Notes under the pieces: generated by a model | Database searches by the model: none | What the model was told of the DNA's origin: nothing | Seen by the model: only the letters and a program-made list of their open reading frames with translations | DNA from: an uncultured Fibrobacterota bacterium | GTDB lineage: Bacteria > Fibrobacterota > Chitinivibrionia > Chitinivibrionales > FEN-1185 | DNA: 64,000 nt | Direction of reading: 5' to 3' | NCBI GenBank assembly: GCA_963729895.1 | Contig: CAVSQB010000022.1 | Coordinates: 126,203 to 190,202 of the forward strand | Translations under genes and position numbers: made by a program | Part shown: piece after piece, positions 37,939-47,965 of the stretch | Position numbering within the stretch: the first letter of the stretch is position 1 | Layout of the letters: each line of letters starts with the position of its first letter

Positions 37939-40707
37939 ATGATTTCAGACGGAGAACCTTTCGGCCGAGCGAACGTGCGGAGGCGGATCATTCCCGTCTT
38001 GTGCAGTCTCCTCGCAATCGCCTTCGTGTTCACCTGTTCCAACCCTCTTGACAAACACATTTCCAGGCCCGTTCTTTCCATCGTTTCGGACACGACGGTA
38101 TCAGTCAAGGACTCCATCGTCCTTGCCGCGCACACCGGCACAGCCGGCGGAAAGGCAATCGACTACCTGTGGTGGCTGGATGGACGCCTTTTCACCACGT
38201 CCCCGGCTCACGACAGCTCGTGCACCCTGGTTTTTGGAATCCGGGATACGGGCCTGCATGTCGTCGTTGTAAAGGGACTCGGCCTCAGCAACACGCTGTC
38301 CGACCCGGAAACGGTGCTCGTTACGGTGTTGCTCCATCCCCCGGTAGTTCATTTCGTGACAAAGGATACCACGGTATTCGCCAACGATACCGTTGTCGTT
38401 GTTGCCCGGGCCGCGGATTCGAACGGCTCGATCATCGCCTTTTACTGGTCGATCGATACCGCGGCAACCGTGATCACCTCGGCAAGCGGAACGCTTGCCT
38501 GTTATTTCGGCGCAACCGGCCAAACGCATGTCGTCAGGGTGACGGCCATGGACAACGACAGCATCGTGTCCGCGCCGGATTCCGTGCATGTCCGGGTTGT
38601 TGCAAACCCTCCCCGCATTGCCGCGATCCGCGACACGGGCGTGCCCATCAACGATGCGCTCATCGTTCGGGCGCCGCGCGTCGATACGTTCAGCACATCG
38701 GCACACTGGATCTGGGCCCGGAACGGCACGCTGTTCTCAGACACAACGGCGGGCGATTCGTTCGCGGTCCGGTTCGGCAAAAGCGAGTGGGGGCCGCATC
38801 TTGTGCTTGCCAAGGCGCTCGACAGCCACCGGCTTGAATCGAACATCGATTCCGCGCACATCTACGTTCACCTCGATGCGCCGGTGGTCTCTATCGTCCA
38901 CGACACCACCGTATACATAAACGATCCAGTGGTATTGCATGCTCCGGGGACCGACACCAACGGGTATATCGTGAAGTACGTCTGGGCCCTCGACGGGACG
39001 CATTTCGCGGACACGACGGCCGGCGATTCCATCACCCACGCCTGGAGCAGGGCCGACACAGGCAGGCGCATTGTTGTGCGCGTCGAGGCAATCGACAACG
39101 ACACCCTTGCATCGAACGTCGATTCGGCGCTGGTTACGGTGCGTCTGAAGCCCCTGCCGTCCGTGACCATGGCCGTCCGCGATACAAGCGTGTATGTCAA
39201 CGACAGCATCGCCCTTGCCGCGCAAGGAATCCCCAGCGCAAGCAAAAGCCCGATAACGGCATTTGTGTGGGCGGTGGACAGCGTGAATTTTACAGACACC
39301 ACCGCTGCGGGCCGCATCGTGGTGCGGTTCGGCGTTGCCGACACCGGAAGGCATGTGGTGCGGGCAAAGGCAATCGACAGGGATACCATGGTATCCCCAA
39401 TGGATTCAACCGTAGTGCATGTCCGCCTCGGAATGCCCGTGATCCAGACGATCCGCGACACGTCCGTGACCTGGGGCGACACGGTAGTCGTGGTTGTCAA
39501 GGCAAGCGATGTAAACGGGGCAATCCAGAAATACCTGTGGGCCACCGCCGGCCCGGGCGCCACCAGCGACAGCTCCGCGAGCGACACGTTAAAGTTTACA
39601 AGCAGTATTCACGCCCCGCTGAAAGTCGTCGTAGGAGCGCGCGACGACGACGGACTCGTGGCACGAGACACCTTTACCGTCTGGTTCGGGGCCGTGCGCT
39701 GCACCGTAACGGTACGCGGACCAAAAACCCGCGACACGGCCTGGGTGCATTCCACCGACTCAAATGTCGTGACAACGCCGCTTTCGTTTTCCGCGAGGCG
39801 CGCCGACGGCGTTGCCGACACGTTCACCTATTCACTGTGGTCGGGAAGGTCTCCCGCGGCCCTTGCCGAGGCGTACCGCGGGAAAGATACGGTGTGCGCT
39901 CTCACAACGCTCGACACAGGAACCTGGTATTGGAAGATTGCCGCAGTCGATGGCCACGGCGATTCGGCGGCAACGCCGGTTTCGTCTCTGTCAATTCTGC
40001 TTCTGCGGCGAATTTGTTTTGCCGGGCACTCCATCGTGACCGGATTTCAAGGAACAGCCGGACTCGGCGGGTTCCGCAGGATGGTTGTGGATACCCTGCG
40101 GGCGGCGGCAACAACCGGCACAGCGATCAAATGCGTGGGTCCATTGACAACTCAGAACCTTCTGCCCGCGGAGGATGATTCCTGCCTTGCGGTCGGGGGG
40201 AAAACATGCGCTCAGATTTACGACTCTTTGCTGGACCACCCGTTCACCAACGCGGACCTGTGGATCTATATGTGCGGCGTGAACGAAGGATACGAGTTTC
40301 CCACGTGGGGTTTTGACGGCATGTATTTCCGGCTGGAGAACTTTTCGGCCGTGACCCTGGATTCGATGCACGGAAGGAATCCCAGAAGCGAGATCTACGT
40401 ACTCAACGCCGTCCCTTTTCCGGCCGATACCATAGGTAATTTCAATCAGGCATGCGATTCAATTTTCAAAACGAATCTTCCGGTTTTCAACCGCATGCTC
40501 GACTCGGTTGTCACGCTCCGTCGCCAGCAGTGGGGCGGGGGCGTGTGGCTCGTGGACGTATTCGACACTCTGGCCGTGCTGCCCGATTCCGTGCAGAACC
40601 AGATTTACTTTTCAGACTATCTGCATCCCAATCAGCGCGGGTACGATGTCATGGCGGGGCAAATATTCAAGACCATGCGTTCCGCCAACAGCTCTTTTAT
40701 CAAGTGA
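37939..40707 (+). CDS. Large lipoprotein: PKD/Ig-like repeats + SGNH hydrolase
   Basis: Lipoprotein signal; about six ~90-aa beta repeats; SGNH blocks 'FAGHS', 'GVNE', 'DYLHP'. Confidence 0.8.
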   Translation: MISDGEPFGRANVRRRIIPVLCSLLAIAFVFTCSNPLDKHISRPVLSIVSDTTVSVKDSIVLAAHTGTAGGKAIDYLWWLDGRLFTTSPAHDSSCTLVFGIRDTGLHVVVVKGLGLSNTLSDPETVLVTVLLHPPVVHFVTKDTTVFANDTVVVVARAADSNGSIIAFYWSIDTAATVITSASGTLACYFGATGQTHVVRVTAMDNDSIVSAPDSVHVRVVANPPRIAAIRDTGVPINDALIVRAPRVDTFSTSAHWIWARNGTLFSDTTAGDSFAVRFGKSEWGPHLVLAKALDSHRLESNIDSAHIYVHLDAPVVSIVHDTTVYINDPVVLHAPGTDTNGYIVKYVWALDGTHFADTTAGDSITHAWSRADTGRRIVVRVEAIDNDTLASNVDSALVTVRLKPLPSVTMAVRDTSVYVNDSIALAAQGIPSASKSPITAFVWAVDSVNFTDTTAAGRIVVRFGVADTGRHVVRAKAIDRDTMVSPMDSTVVHVRLGMPVIQTIRDTSVTWGDTVVVVVKASDVNGAIQKYLWATAGPGATSDSSASDTLKFTSSIHAPLKVVVGARDDDGLVARDTFTVWFGAVRCTVTVRGPKTRDTAWVHSTDSNVVTTPLSFSARRADGVADTFTYSLWSGRSPAALAEAYRGKDTVCALTTLDTGTWYWKIAAVDGHGDSAATPVSSLSILLLRRICFAGHSIVTGFQGTAGLGGFRRMVVDTLRAAATTGTAIKCVGPLTTQNLLPAEDDSCLAVGGKTCAQIYDSLLDHPFTNADLWIYMCGVNEGYEFPTWGFDGMYFRLENFSAVTLDSMHGRNPRSEIYVLNAVPFPADTIGNFNQACDSIFKTNLPVFNRMLDSVVTLRRQQWGGGVWLVDVFDTLAVLPDSVQNQIYFSDYLHPNQRGYDVMAGQIFKTMRSANSSFIK

Positions 40708-40737
40708 TGCGGCGGAAGTCCGGGCCGGGCAGCCCCG

Positions 40738-41121
40738 TCACTTTTCTCCCGCAACCTCCAGGTAGATCAGATACTCGCCCGATGCCTCCGCCCCGCCGAT
40801 AAGTGCCAGGGCGTTCATTGCCGCAGGTTTCCGGTTTCCCTTGACCAACCGTAATTCAACCGCGATCGGAAGCGTCGGAAAGGGAATAGCCGGGCATTGT
40901 ACGGCCACCAGGACATACGCGCTCCAGATTTCGTTTTCTTCGCTCAAGAGATCCTTGACGCACTGGTGAGGCGCGGACATAAGGTAGTACATGTCTTCGT
41001 AGGGAGACATATACCCCTCGCCTGCGCCGGCAACAACGCCGCCGATTGTTACCCCACCGGCGGTTATTTGAATCTCATCATTTTTCCTGAAGCCGATGCC
41101 CGAAGGGAGTTGCAATGCCAC
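40738..41121 (-). CDS. Hypothetical protein
   Basis: ORF fills the intergenic gap with plausible composition; no recognised motif. Confidence 0.45.
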   Translation of the reverse strand: MALQLPSGIGFRKNDEIQITAGGVTIGGVVAGAGEGYMSPYEDMYYLMSAPHQCVKDLLSEENEIWSAYVLVAVQCPAIPFPTLPIAVELRLVKGNRKPAAMNALALIGGAEASGEYLIYLEVAGEK

Positions 41122-41358
41122 GACAGTATCCTTTCCCGATCTTTTCCACTGTCCTGTTTGAGGTTTCCAAAGCCTGCCACCGTATGTCTACATTATCCGG
41201 TGCGTGTGCAGTGAATGCCAGCAGAAGCTGCATTGCCGTGCTTCGATGGCGGGCCGGCCCGCCGGCGCGTGTTCCGGTATGCTCGAAGCCGGAAATCAAT
41301 TATCTTAGTACCAAAGTCCACGCTGATTCCGTCTCTCCTCGAAAAGAAAGAAGATGCA

Positions 41359-42333
41359 ATGGCAGAGGTAACCATCAACGTTATTCCGTACACTCCGGAC
41401 CGCAGAGACGCCTGGAACGCATTTGTAAGGGCTTCCAATAACGGGACCGTGTTTCACACGCAGGACTTTCTGGACTACCACCCGGAAGGAAGATTCACCT
41501 TCCTCCACCTGATGTTTTACAAAGGCGACGAGCTCGTTGCCGTGCTGCCGGGCGGGCTCTCGGGCGACATGTTCAAGAGCCCCCTGGGGGCGAGCTTCGG
41601 CGGGTTTGTGGCGAATGCGCGTCTCGGTTTGCAGGATGCCGACGCAATTGTAAAGGCGTTCATCCGCTTCTGCGCCTCCAGGCTCATCAAGGAAGTGTAC
41701 CTTACACCGCCCATGCAAATCTACAACGCCACATTCAACGAGTCCATCGAATACGCCATGCACTACAACCACTACATCGTTCTGTCGAGCCTGTTTTCCT
41801 CGGTCATCGATTTTTCGGTGATTCACGGAAAAGACGACCTCTCGCGCAACACGCGGCACAAAATCAACAAGGCCGTCAACAAGGGCGTGCGGATCGAGGA
41901 AAACAGGGACTTCGACGCGTTCTACCCGATTCTCCTCAAGAACAAGGAGAAATTCAGCGTGACGCCCACGCACACGCTTGACGAACTCAAAAAGATCGAA
42001 TCGCTTCTCCCGGGCATGATGACGCTGTTTTTGGCCTACTTCGAAAACCGGCCCATCGCCGGGGAATTGCTCTTTACCTGCAACAAGCAGTGCGTTCTCA
42101 ACTTCTACACCATGCACCTGTACGATTTTCACAACCTGTTCGCAGTCAATTACCTCATCGAGCATTCCATCCGCTGGTGCAACCAGAAAGGCTTCCGCTA
42201 TTTCGACTACGGAGTGTCCGCGGACACCTTCAGTATCGATCCCATGGAACCTTCGTGGACGCTCATCGAGTTCAAGGAGTCGATGGGCGCAAACGGGTGC
42301 CAGCGGAAGACGTACTACCGGAGAATTTTCTGA
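41359..42333 (+). CDS. GNAT/FemAB-like acyltransferase
   Basis: 'WNAFV..SNNGTVFH..FL.YH', 'SFGG', 'YFDYG', 'FKES.GA'. Confidence 0.8.
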   Translation: MAEVTINVIPYTPDRRDAWNAFVRASNNGTVFHTQDFLDYHPEGRFTFLHLMFYKGDELVAVLPGGLSGDMFKSPLGASFGGFVANARLGLQDADAIVKAFIRFCASRLIKEVYLTPPMQIYNATFNESIEYAMHYNHYIVLSSLFSSVIDFSVIHGKDDLSRNTRHKINKAVNKGVRIEENRDFDAFYPILLKNKEKFSVTPTHTLDELKKIESLLPGMMTLFLAYFENRPIAGELLFTCNKQCVLNFYTMHLYDFHNLFAVNYLIEHSIRWCNQKGFRYFDYGVSADTFSIDPMEPSWTLIEFKESMGANGCQRKTYYRRIF

Positions 42334-42369
42334 GGCGGGCCGTGCCTGCAGCGGAATTCGTTCAAAGTT

Positions 42370-42534
42370 TTACCGCAGAGGCGCAAAGGACGCAAAGGAA
42401 CCGGAGCTGGATTGAGTACCGTAAACTGATGAAGAGCTAACGAGCAATTATAGGGGTCATTGCGAGCGCAGCGAAGCAATCTCATTCACCTTCACAGAGT
42501 GTTAAACTTTGCGCTCTTTGCGTCTTTGCGGTAA
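42370..42534. repeat. GCAAAG-periodic palindromic element, copy 1
   Basis: ACCGCAGAGGCGCAAAGGACGCAAAG ... CTTTGCGCTCTTTGCGTCTTTGCGGT. Confidence 0.88.
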
Positions 42535-42540
42535 GTCTTC

Positions 42541-43017
42541 TTACTCCTGCAGCCACGTCTTCCAGATTCCCGGGGAAGATTCCGGAATGTCAGTCGCGCC
42601 CACGGTTTTCCTGTAATAGTCCGCAGGCCCCACGCCGCCCACGATGGCATACCCGTACCCTTTGAGTTTCATGTCCTGCAGGGCGGCATACAGTAACGCA
42701 GTGCCGATCCCCTTGTTGCGGAACCCGTTATCCACGCCGGTGGGACCGAAATAGCCCAGGGCAGTGGCATCGTAACACGCGAAACCGACGATCTTTTGCC
42801 CCTTAAAAAGGGCAATGAAGCAGGAGACAGGCCTGTTGCAGAGCGCCATGTCCGTTTCGCTCGACCATGCCTTGTTGAATTTGGTTTTTACCCACTCAAC
42901 AACAAGGTGCTTTTCCGGACCGATGGGTTTGCGGATCGTAACATCCTGGTCCCTTGCCTTTTCGATGACCGGACAGTCGCCGGGAAGATTGTAGAGCTTG
43001 ACGAGCATGTCGTGCAT
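42541..43017 (-). CDS. GNAT-family N-acetyltransferase
   Basis: 'DMLVKLY', 'FGPTGV...RNKGIGTALL', 'YAIVG'. Confidence 0.85.
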   Translation of the reverse strand: MHDMLVKLYNLPGDCPVIEKARDQDVTIRKPIGPEKHLVVEWVKTKFNKAWSSETDMALCNRPVSCFIALFKGQKIVGFACYDATALGYFGPTGVDNGFRNKGIGTALLYAALQDMKLKGYGYAIVGGVGPADYYRKTVGATDIPESSPGIWKTWLQE

Positions 43018-43170
43018 GCGGGGCAATCCTTTGTGATGGTACGGGTTTGTGGAATGAAAAGAAAAATACATGAATCCTCTAGCGAGCGCATTGTCACTTC
43101 GTTCCCTAAGGTATGGTAGTTGCGCTTCGCGCTTTGTATCATGTCGTTTGCCTTTTCCCCGAAGGTTCGC

Positions 43171-43207
43171 TTGCGCATGACCATTTTTCGGACTATATTA
43201 TGGTCAT
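43171..43207 (+). promoter_or_regulatory. TA operon promoter with palindromic operator
   Basis: TTGCGC-17-TATATT; inverted repeat ATGACCAT (43177-43184)/ATGGTCAT (43200-43207). Confidence 0.7.
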
Positions 43208-43218
43208 ATGGAGGGACC

Positions 43219-43497
43219 ATGAAACTCAGCGAAACGGTCAAACCGATAAGTTATCTCAAAGCCCACGCATCTGAAATTGTCAACAGCATTACGGATTCTC
43301 ATCAAACATTTGTCATCACCAGGCGGGGTGAGGCCAAAGCGGTCGTGCAGGATATCTCAAGCTATGAGCAGACGCAGGAAAGCCTGGCGCTGTTGAAAAT
43401 GGTGGCGATGAGCGCTGCCAGTCTCGAAAAGGGCCGTTTTAAGCCGATGAAGAAAGCGTTTTCCCACCTTGCTGAAAGAATACAAAAATCCGCATGA
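43219..43497 (+). CDS. Phd/YefM-family antitoxin
   Basis: 'VKPISYLKAHASEI...VITRRGEAKAVV'; RBS GGAGG. Confidence 0.9.
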   Translation: MKLSETVKPISYLKAHASEIVNSITDSHQTFVITRRGEAKAVVQDISSYEQTQESLALLKMVAMSAASLEKGRFKPMKKAFSHLAERIQKSA

Positions 43498-43817
43498 AGT
43501 ATCAGGTTTTTCTGATTTCGGACGCCGAGGAAGACATCTTCGAAATATTTTACTACATTGCCTCAAACGATTCCGTAGAACGCGCCGATTATGTATACGG
43601 CAAGCTCAGGGAGACATGTTCAACCCTGGAATTCTCCCCCCGCCGTGGTCATGTCCCTCCCGAATTGGACAGAATCGGGGTTGACAATTTCCTCCAGATA
43701 CATTTCAAACCTTACCGGATAATCTATTCTGTGTCCGGAAACAAGGTGTTCATACATTGTGTTCTTGACGGCCGTCGAAATCTGCAGGATTTGCTCCATC
43801 ATCGTTTGGTCCGATAG
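43494..43817 (+). CDS. RelE/ParE-family toxin
   Basis: ATGA overlap with the antitoxin; 'AEEDI.EI..YIA', 'PYRIIY', 'DGRR'. Confidence 0.9.
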   Translation: MKYQVFLISDAEEDIFEIFYYIASNDSVERADYVYGKLRETCSTLEFSPRRGHVPPELDRIGVDNFLQIHFKPYRIIYSVSGNKVFIHCVLDGRRNLQDLLHHRLVR

Positions 43818-43827
43818 ATGTCAAAAG

Positions 43828-44715
43828 TCAGAAAGTCCATTTCTTAATCCTTCTCCCGATCAAAGCCTCGACCCTTGAAGAATTCAGATGCACGTTCCCG
43901 ATCCTCGGCGGTCCGTCCACATCGTCCTGCCGCGACCATTTCTTAAGCGCCTCATTCTTGTACCTTCCCTTTTCAAGTATGCGCCTGCCTATTTCGTAGA
44001 GGCTTACCGGATGCGGGCCGCCAAGGTGGAACAACCCTTGTGTTTCCTTGAGAAGCAGCTCAGCAACGATACCGGCAAGTTCGCAGCAATCAATGCAGCT
44101 TCGGTATTCGTCGTGAAACAGCGACATGGGAAGGCCGCGTTTGAGCCTGCCTTCGATGAAATCCACGGCGCCCTTTTCGCCCTGTATCGAGCCGCCCATA
44201 GGCAGGCCCAGACGCACGATGCCACAGCGGGGTGCGCGCTTGATCTCCTTTTCCGCCAGCGCATAGGTCTGGCCCACAACACTCACGGGGTCGGGATCGT
44301 CCTGTTCGGAGTACCCGCCGGGAGGAGGGTTATGGCCGGAAAACACAAGGTCGGCGCTCAGGTACATCACATAACAGGCGGGAGAAAAGACATCGACGAT
44401 GTTCTTTGCACCGCCCACGTTGATGTCCTGGGCGTACTTCGGCCGCTCCTCGCAGATATCAAGATCGCATACGCCGGCAGCGTGCAGCACGTGCGTGGGC
44501 CGGAACGCCGCATTGATCTGTGCGAGCGTGTCCCCATCGGTCATGCACACCGAGGCGACGTTGGCGTCCTTGGGGACCACCGTCTGCGGCGGCCGGATGC
44601 CGAACAGGCGGTCGGCGGGGAGAATTGTTTTGAGCTTTTTGAAAATGGGCCAGCCGTGGATGGACGTGACGCCCGTGATGAGGATGCGGCAGGACATTGG
44701 GGCCACTGTCGGCAT
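43828..44715 (-). CDS. RmlD-like SDR oxidoreductase (sugar-nucleotide-binding)
   Basis: 'ILITG', 'HAAG.C..D.CE', 'SADLVFSG', 'YSEQD.P.PVSV.G'. Confidence 0.8.
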   Translation of the reverse strand: MPTVAPMSCRILITGVTSIHGWPIFKKLKTILPADRLFGIRPPQTVVPKDANVASVCMTDGDTLAQINAAFRPTHVLHAAGVCDLDICEERPKYAQDINVGGAKNIVDVFSPACYVMYLSADLVFSGHNPPPGGYSEQDDPDPVSVVGQTYALAEKEIKRAPRCGIVRLGLPMGGSIQGEKGAVDFIEGRLKRGLPMSLFHDEYRSCIDCCELAGIVAELLLKETQGLFHLGGPHPVSLYEIGRRILEKGRYKNEALKKWSRQDDVDGPPRIGNVHLNSSRVEALIGRRIKKWTF

Positions 44716-44803
44716 GTTACTCCGGCGGAACGACGCAGCATGCATACAACCCTCAGGAGCAGTCGCAACAGCGAACCTCCGAGGAACGCACCCGCGCAGG
44801 GAT

Positions 44804-45676
44804 TCAGGCAATGATCTTCCGGATGTATTCCGGCAGCAGAAACGCCCCGCGGTGGATGTCCGGGTTGTAGTAGGTGCAGCGCTTGGCCACCGACGAATAC
44901 CGCTTGTCATTGAATTTGTCGATATCGGCGCCATCCTTGGCGCACAGCACGAAGCTGCAGATGGCCTCGGGAAACGACGGCATGGTGCATGTGTAAAGCT
45001 TATACGCCGCAAACAGCGTCGAAATCGCCGCCACGGTGGAGCGCAGGTATTCCGCCCTGATGGTGGGCGAATCGGTCTGGAACACCGCGATGCCGCCTTT
45101 GTCGAGCCGGTCGAATACGAGTTTGTAGAAGCCCGTGGTTTCGAGTGACTGCACCGGCCCGCCCGGATCGTACGAATCGACAAGGATGACGTCGAAGGTT
45201 TCTTTGCATTTGGTAAGATACGAGCATCCTTCGGCGAATTCGACGCGGCTTCGCTTGTCCGAAAATGATTTGGCAAGCGACGGAAAATGCACCGTGACCG
45301 CCTCCTTCACCATCTTGTCGATTTCCACGACAAGGGCGGTTTCAACGTCCTTGTACTTGAGCACTTCCCGGAGGCACCCGCCGTCTCCCCCGCCGATAAT
45401 GCACACGCGGCGAGGGTCCGCGTGCATATTCATCGCCGGGTGGGCGATCGATTCGTGGTAGATATGCTCGTCGCGCTCGGTAAGAACGATGTTGTCCGCG
45501 AGTACCAGCACCTTGCCGAACGCATAGGTGTGGAACACCTCGATCTTCTGGAACGGGCTGGCCCCGTAATGAAGCGCGTGTTTGGCGCGGAGGGTGATGC
45601 CCGCGAGCCCGTTCACCAGGTTTTCCAGCCAGAGCGACGAGTTGCTTCCTGTTTCGTACCGGGGAGATGTTTCCAT
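44804..45676 (-). CDS. speE: Polyamine aminopropyltransferase (paralog B)
   Basis: 'SPFQKI', 'DEHIYHE..AHP', 'IIGGGDGG', 'VEID', 'DSYDP'. Confidence 0.88.
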   Translation of the reverse strand: METSPRYETGSNSSLWLENLVNGLAGITLRAKHALHYGASPFQKIEVFHTYAFGKVLVLADNIVLTERDEHIYHESIAHPAMNMHADPRRVCIIGGGDGGCLREVLKYKDVETALVVEIDKMVKEAVTVHFPSLAKSFSDKRSRVEFAEGCSYLTKCKETFDVILVDSYDPGGPVQSLETTGFYKLVFDRLDKGGIAVFQTDSPTIRAEYLRSTVAAISTLFAAYKLYTCTMPSFPEAICSFVLCAKDGADIDKFNDKRYSSVAKRCTYYNPDIHRGAFLLPEYIRKIIA

Positions 45677-45705
45677 TGTGGCTTCCTTTAGTTCGAATAT
45701 GAAGT

Positions 45706-45797
45706 TCACCGCAAAGGCGCAAAGGACACAAAGAAGGCAGGAGTATTATTTATGACAAACTCATTTTTTCTTTGCGCTCTTTGCGTCTTTGCGGTGA
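45706..45797. repeat. GCAAAG-periodic palindromic element, copy 2
   Basis: TCACCGCAAAGGCGCAAAGGACACAAAG ... CTTTGCGCTCTTTGCGTCTTTGCGGTGA. Confidence 0.88.
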
Positions 45798-45815
45798 GTC
45801 ATGATCTTTCTTCCG

Positions 45816-46916
45816 TCAGTCAATAACAACAATTTTCGCTTTTGGAAACCCGTTGAACGTGGTGGCGCTTGCCGTCGTGTAGGCGCCCATGGAATCGAAC
45901 AGCAGCACGTCGCCGATCTCAAGCAGGGGCAGCGCGATGTTCTCGTACAGGACGTCGAACGAATCACAGGTGGGGCCCGAAAGCACCGAGTTGAACGTTT
46001 CGCCCGACCGGGGTACAAGCAGGGGATAGTCGGCATGATCGAAAACCTTGCCCGAAAACGAACCGTACAGCCCTTCGTCAAGATAATACCACCACACGCC
46101 GCTGCGCAAGGATTTGCCCATCACACGCGTCGCAAGCACCATGCACGGCCCGGAGAGCACCCTTCCGGGCTCCGCGATAATCCGGTAGTTGGTAAAATAG
46201 CGTTCGAGATATTCGTTGATCGGCTGGCAGAAGCGCTGAATGGGAAGCACCGGGTTCAAGTAGTTGATGGGAAACCCGCCGCCGATGTCGATGATGCTGA
46301 GAGAAATGCCGGAGAGCGCCGCCTTCCTGCAGATGTCGCGGCAGAAATCGAGCGCCTCGATATATTTGAGCGGATTCTCGTTTTGTGAACCGGCATGAAA
46401 GCTGATGCCCGCTACGGAAAGACCCATGGCATGCGCCTTTGCAATAAGGGAAAACGTCTGCGTTGGCGCGCACCCGAATTTATGCGAAAGGTTCACCATG
46501 CACGCAGGGTTCTGTACGCTCATGCGCACGAGGAGGTGCGCCCGGTCTTTGTACGGAAGGAACTTGTCGAGCTCGAATTCGTTGTCCACCACAAAAAGGG
46601 TGACGCCGAAATCGAGGGCATAGCGGATGTCCGCGTCGCGCTTGATCGGGTGGGTGTGCATGCACTTGCCGGCCGTGACGCCGCACTGCCGCACGATGTC
46701 GATCTCGCCGTTGGTGCAGATATCGAATGAGCCGCCCTCCTGCTGCAGGATGTCGATGATCTCCGGCTGGGCATTCGATTTGACTGCGTAAAAGAGCTCG
46801 ACGCCCGGCAGGGCGTACGCAAGGGCGCGAAAGCTCTCGCGCAGCCTGCTTTGGGAAAGGAACAGCGACGGCGTACCGTGAACCGAAACGAGCTGGTTCA
46901 GTTTTCCAAAATCCAT
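45816..46916 (-). CDS. Fold-type III PLP ornithine/lysine decarboxylase
   Basis: 'FYAVKSN', 'KFG', 'SFHAGSQ', 'IDIGGGF', 'AEPGR', 'GPTCDSFD', 'GAYT...FNGF'. Confidence 0.9.
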   Translation of the reverse strand: MDFGKLNQLVSVHGTPSLFLSQSRLRESFRALAYALPGVELFYAVKSNAQPEIIDILQQEGGSFDICTNGEIDIVRQCGVTAGKCMHTHPIKRDADIRYALDFGVTLFVVDNEFELDKFLPYKDRAHLLVRMSVQNPACMVNLSHKFGCAPTQTFSLIAKAHAMGLSVAGISFHAGSQNENPLKYIEALDFCRDICRKAALSGISLSIIDIGGGFPINYLNPVLPIQRFCQPINEYLERYFTNYRIIAEPGRVLSGPCMVLATRVMGKSLRSGVWWYYLDEGLYGSFSGKVFDHADYPLLVPRSGETFNSVLSGPTCDSFDVLYENIALPLLEIGDVLLFDSMGAYTTASATTFNGFPKAKIVVID

Positions 46917-47002
46917 AAGGGAGTACCGCTTGTGTGCACCTTTCTGAAAAGGGAACGCAAAAAAGATTTTAAATATACGTTAGGAGGGACAAAGTACGCG
47001 AT

Positions 47003-47944
47003 TTATTCATGCGCTATTTCGTCGGGAATGTCCGGGTGCCGGTCGGTGAGAATACGGGCGCGTTTGTTAAGCACACCATCGAGGAGCGGCCACGAGACCT
47101 GGGCCGCTTCATGGATCCTGCCCGTATAGTACTGCAGATCCTTTATGCCGTACGTTGAAAGCTTTTTGTCAACGGCGGCGCGTCCGACGGACGCCATGTC
47201 CGACGCGTCCGACGAAACGGTCACCGACCACAGGGTGGCATACATGTGGATATACGCGTACAGCGGCCGCACGTGGCGGAACACCGAACGCAGGGTGCAC
47301 TGGATGCTTGCGAACGTACGCGGACGGGCCACGGGCGATTCGGTATGCATCACGAACACGCCGCGGGAATCCACGAACGACCGCTTCACAGAACGGAAGA
47401 AGTCCCTGGTATACAGGAATTTCGCCGGGCCGAACGGATCGGTCATATCCATAATCACGATGTCGAATGTCGCCGGGTTCCTTTCGACGAATTTGCGTCC
47501 GTCCGTGATGTGAATGCTCACGCGCGGATCGTCGAAAGCGCCCCGGTTGAGCGAGGGCAGATACTTCCGGGAAAACGCGATCACGCCTTCGTCGAGCTCG
47601 GCGAGGTCCACCGATTGCACGCACGGGTATTTGAGCACTTCCCGGATGATGCCGCCATCGCCTGCGCCGATCACCAGCACGCGCCGGGGGCGCGGGTGCG
47701 TGCACAGGGCGGGGTGCACCATGGGCTCGTGATAGTAGCATTCGCCTCGTTCTGCGGCCTGGGTAATGCCGTCGAGGATCAGGACCCGGCCGTATTCGTT
47801 TGTGTCAACAAGTTCGAGGGTCTGGTACTTGGTGGCGCCGAACTGCAGGCGGCGCTTGATGGTGTAGAAAAAGCCGGCGTCGCTGTTGAGCCATTCGGCG
47901 TGTTGCGTTGAATGCCGGGAACGGCGCAGGCCGAGGGATTTCAT
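47003..47944 (-). CDS. speE: Polyamine aminopropyltransferase (paralog A)
   Basis: 'TKYQ', 'LDG..Q', 'YHEPMVHP', 'VIGAGDGG', 'DMTDP.GPA'. Confidence 0.88.
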   Translation of the reverse strand: MKSLGLRRSRHSTQHAEWLNSDAGFFYTIKRRLQFGATKYQTLELVDTNEYGRVLILDGITQAAERGECYYHEPMVHPALCTHPRPRRVLVIGAGDGGIIREVLKYPCVQSVDLAELDEGVIAFSRKYLPSLNRGAFDDPRVSIHITDGRKFVERNPATFDIVIMDMTDPFGPAKFLYTRDFFRSVKRSFVDSRGVFVMHTESPVARPRTFASIQCTLRSVFRHVRPLYAYIHMYATLWSVTVSSDASDMASVGRAAVDKKLSTYGIKDLQYYTGRIHEAAQVSWPLLDGVLNKRARILTDRHPDIPDEIAHE

Positions 47945-47965
47945 GATAAATTCCTTAGAAAATTC

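Noticed and set aside
44716..45276. N-terminal extension of the 482-aa ORF as a fusion or frameshift with speE
   Set aside because: It is an alternative-frame read of speE with low-complexity R/S/P content; the SDR fold starts near 44715.
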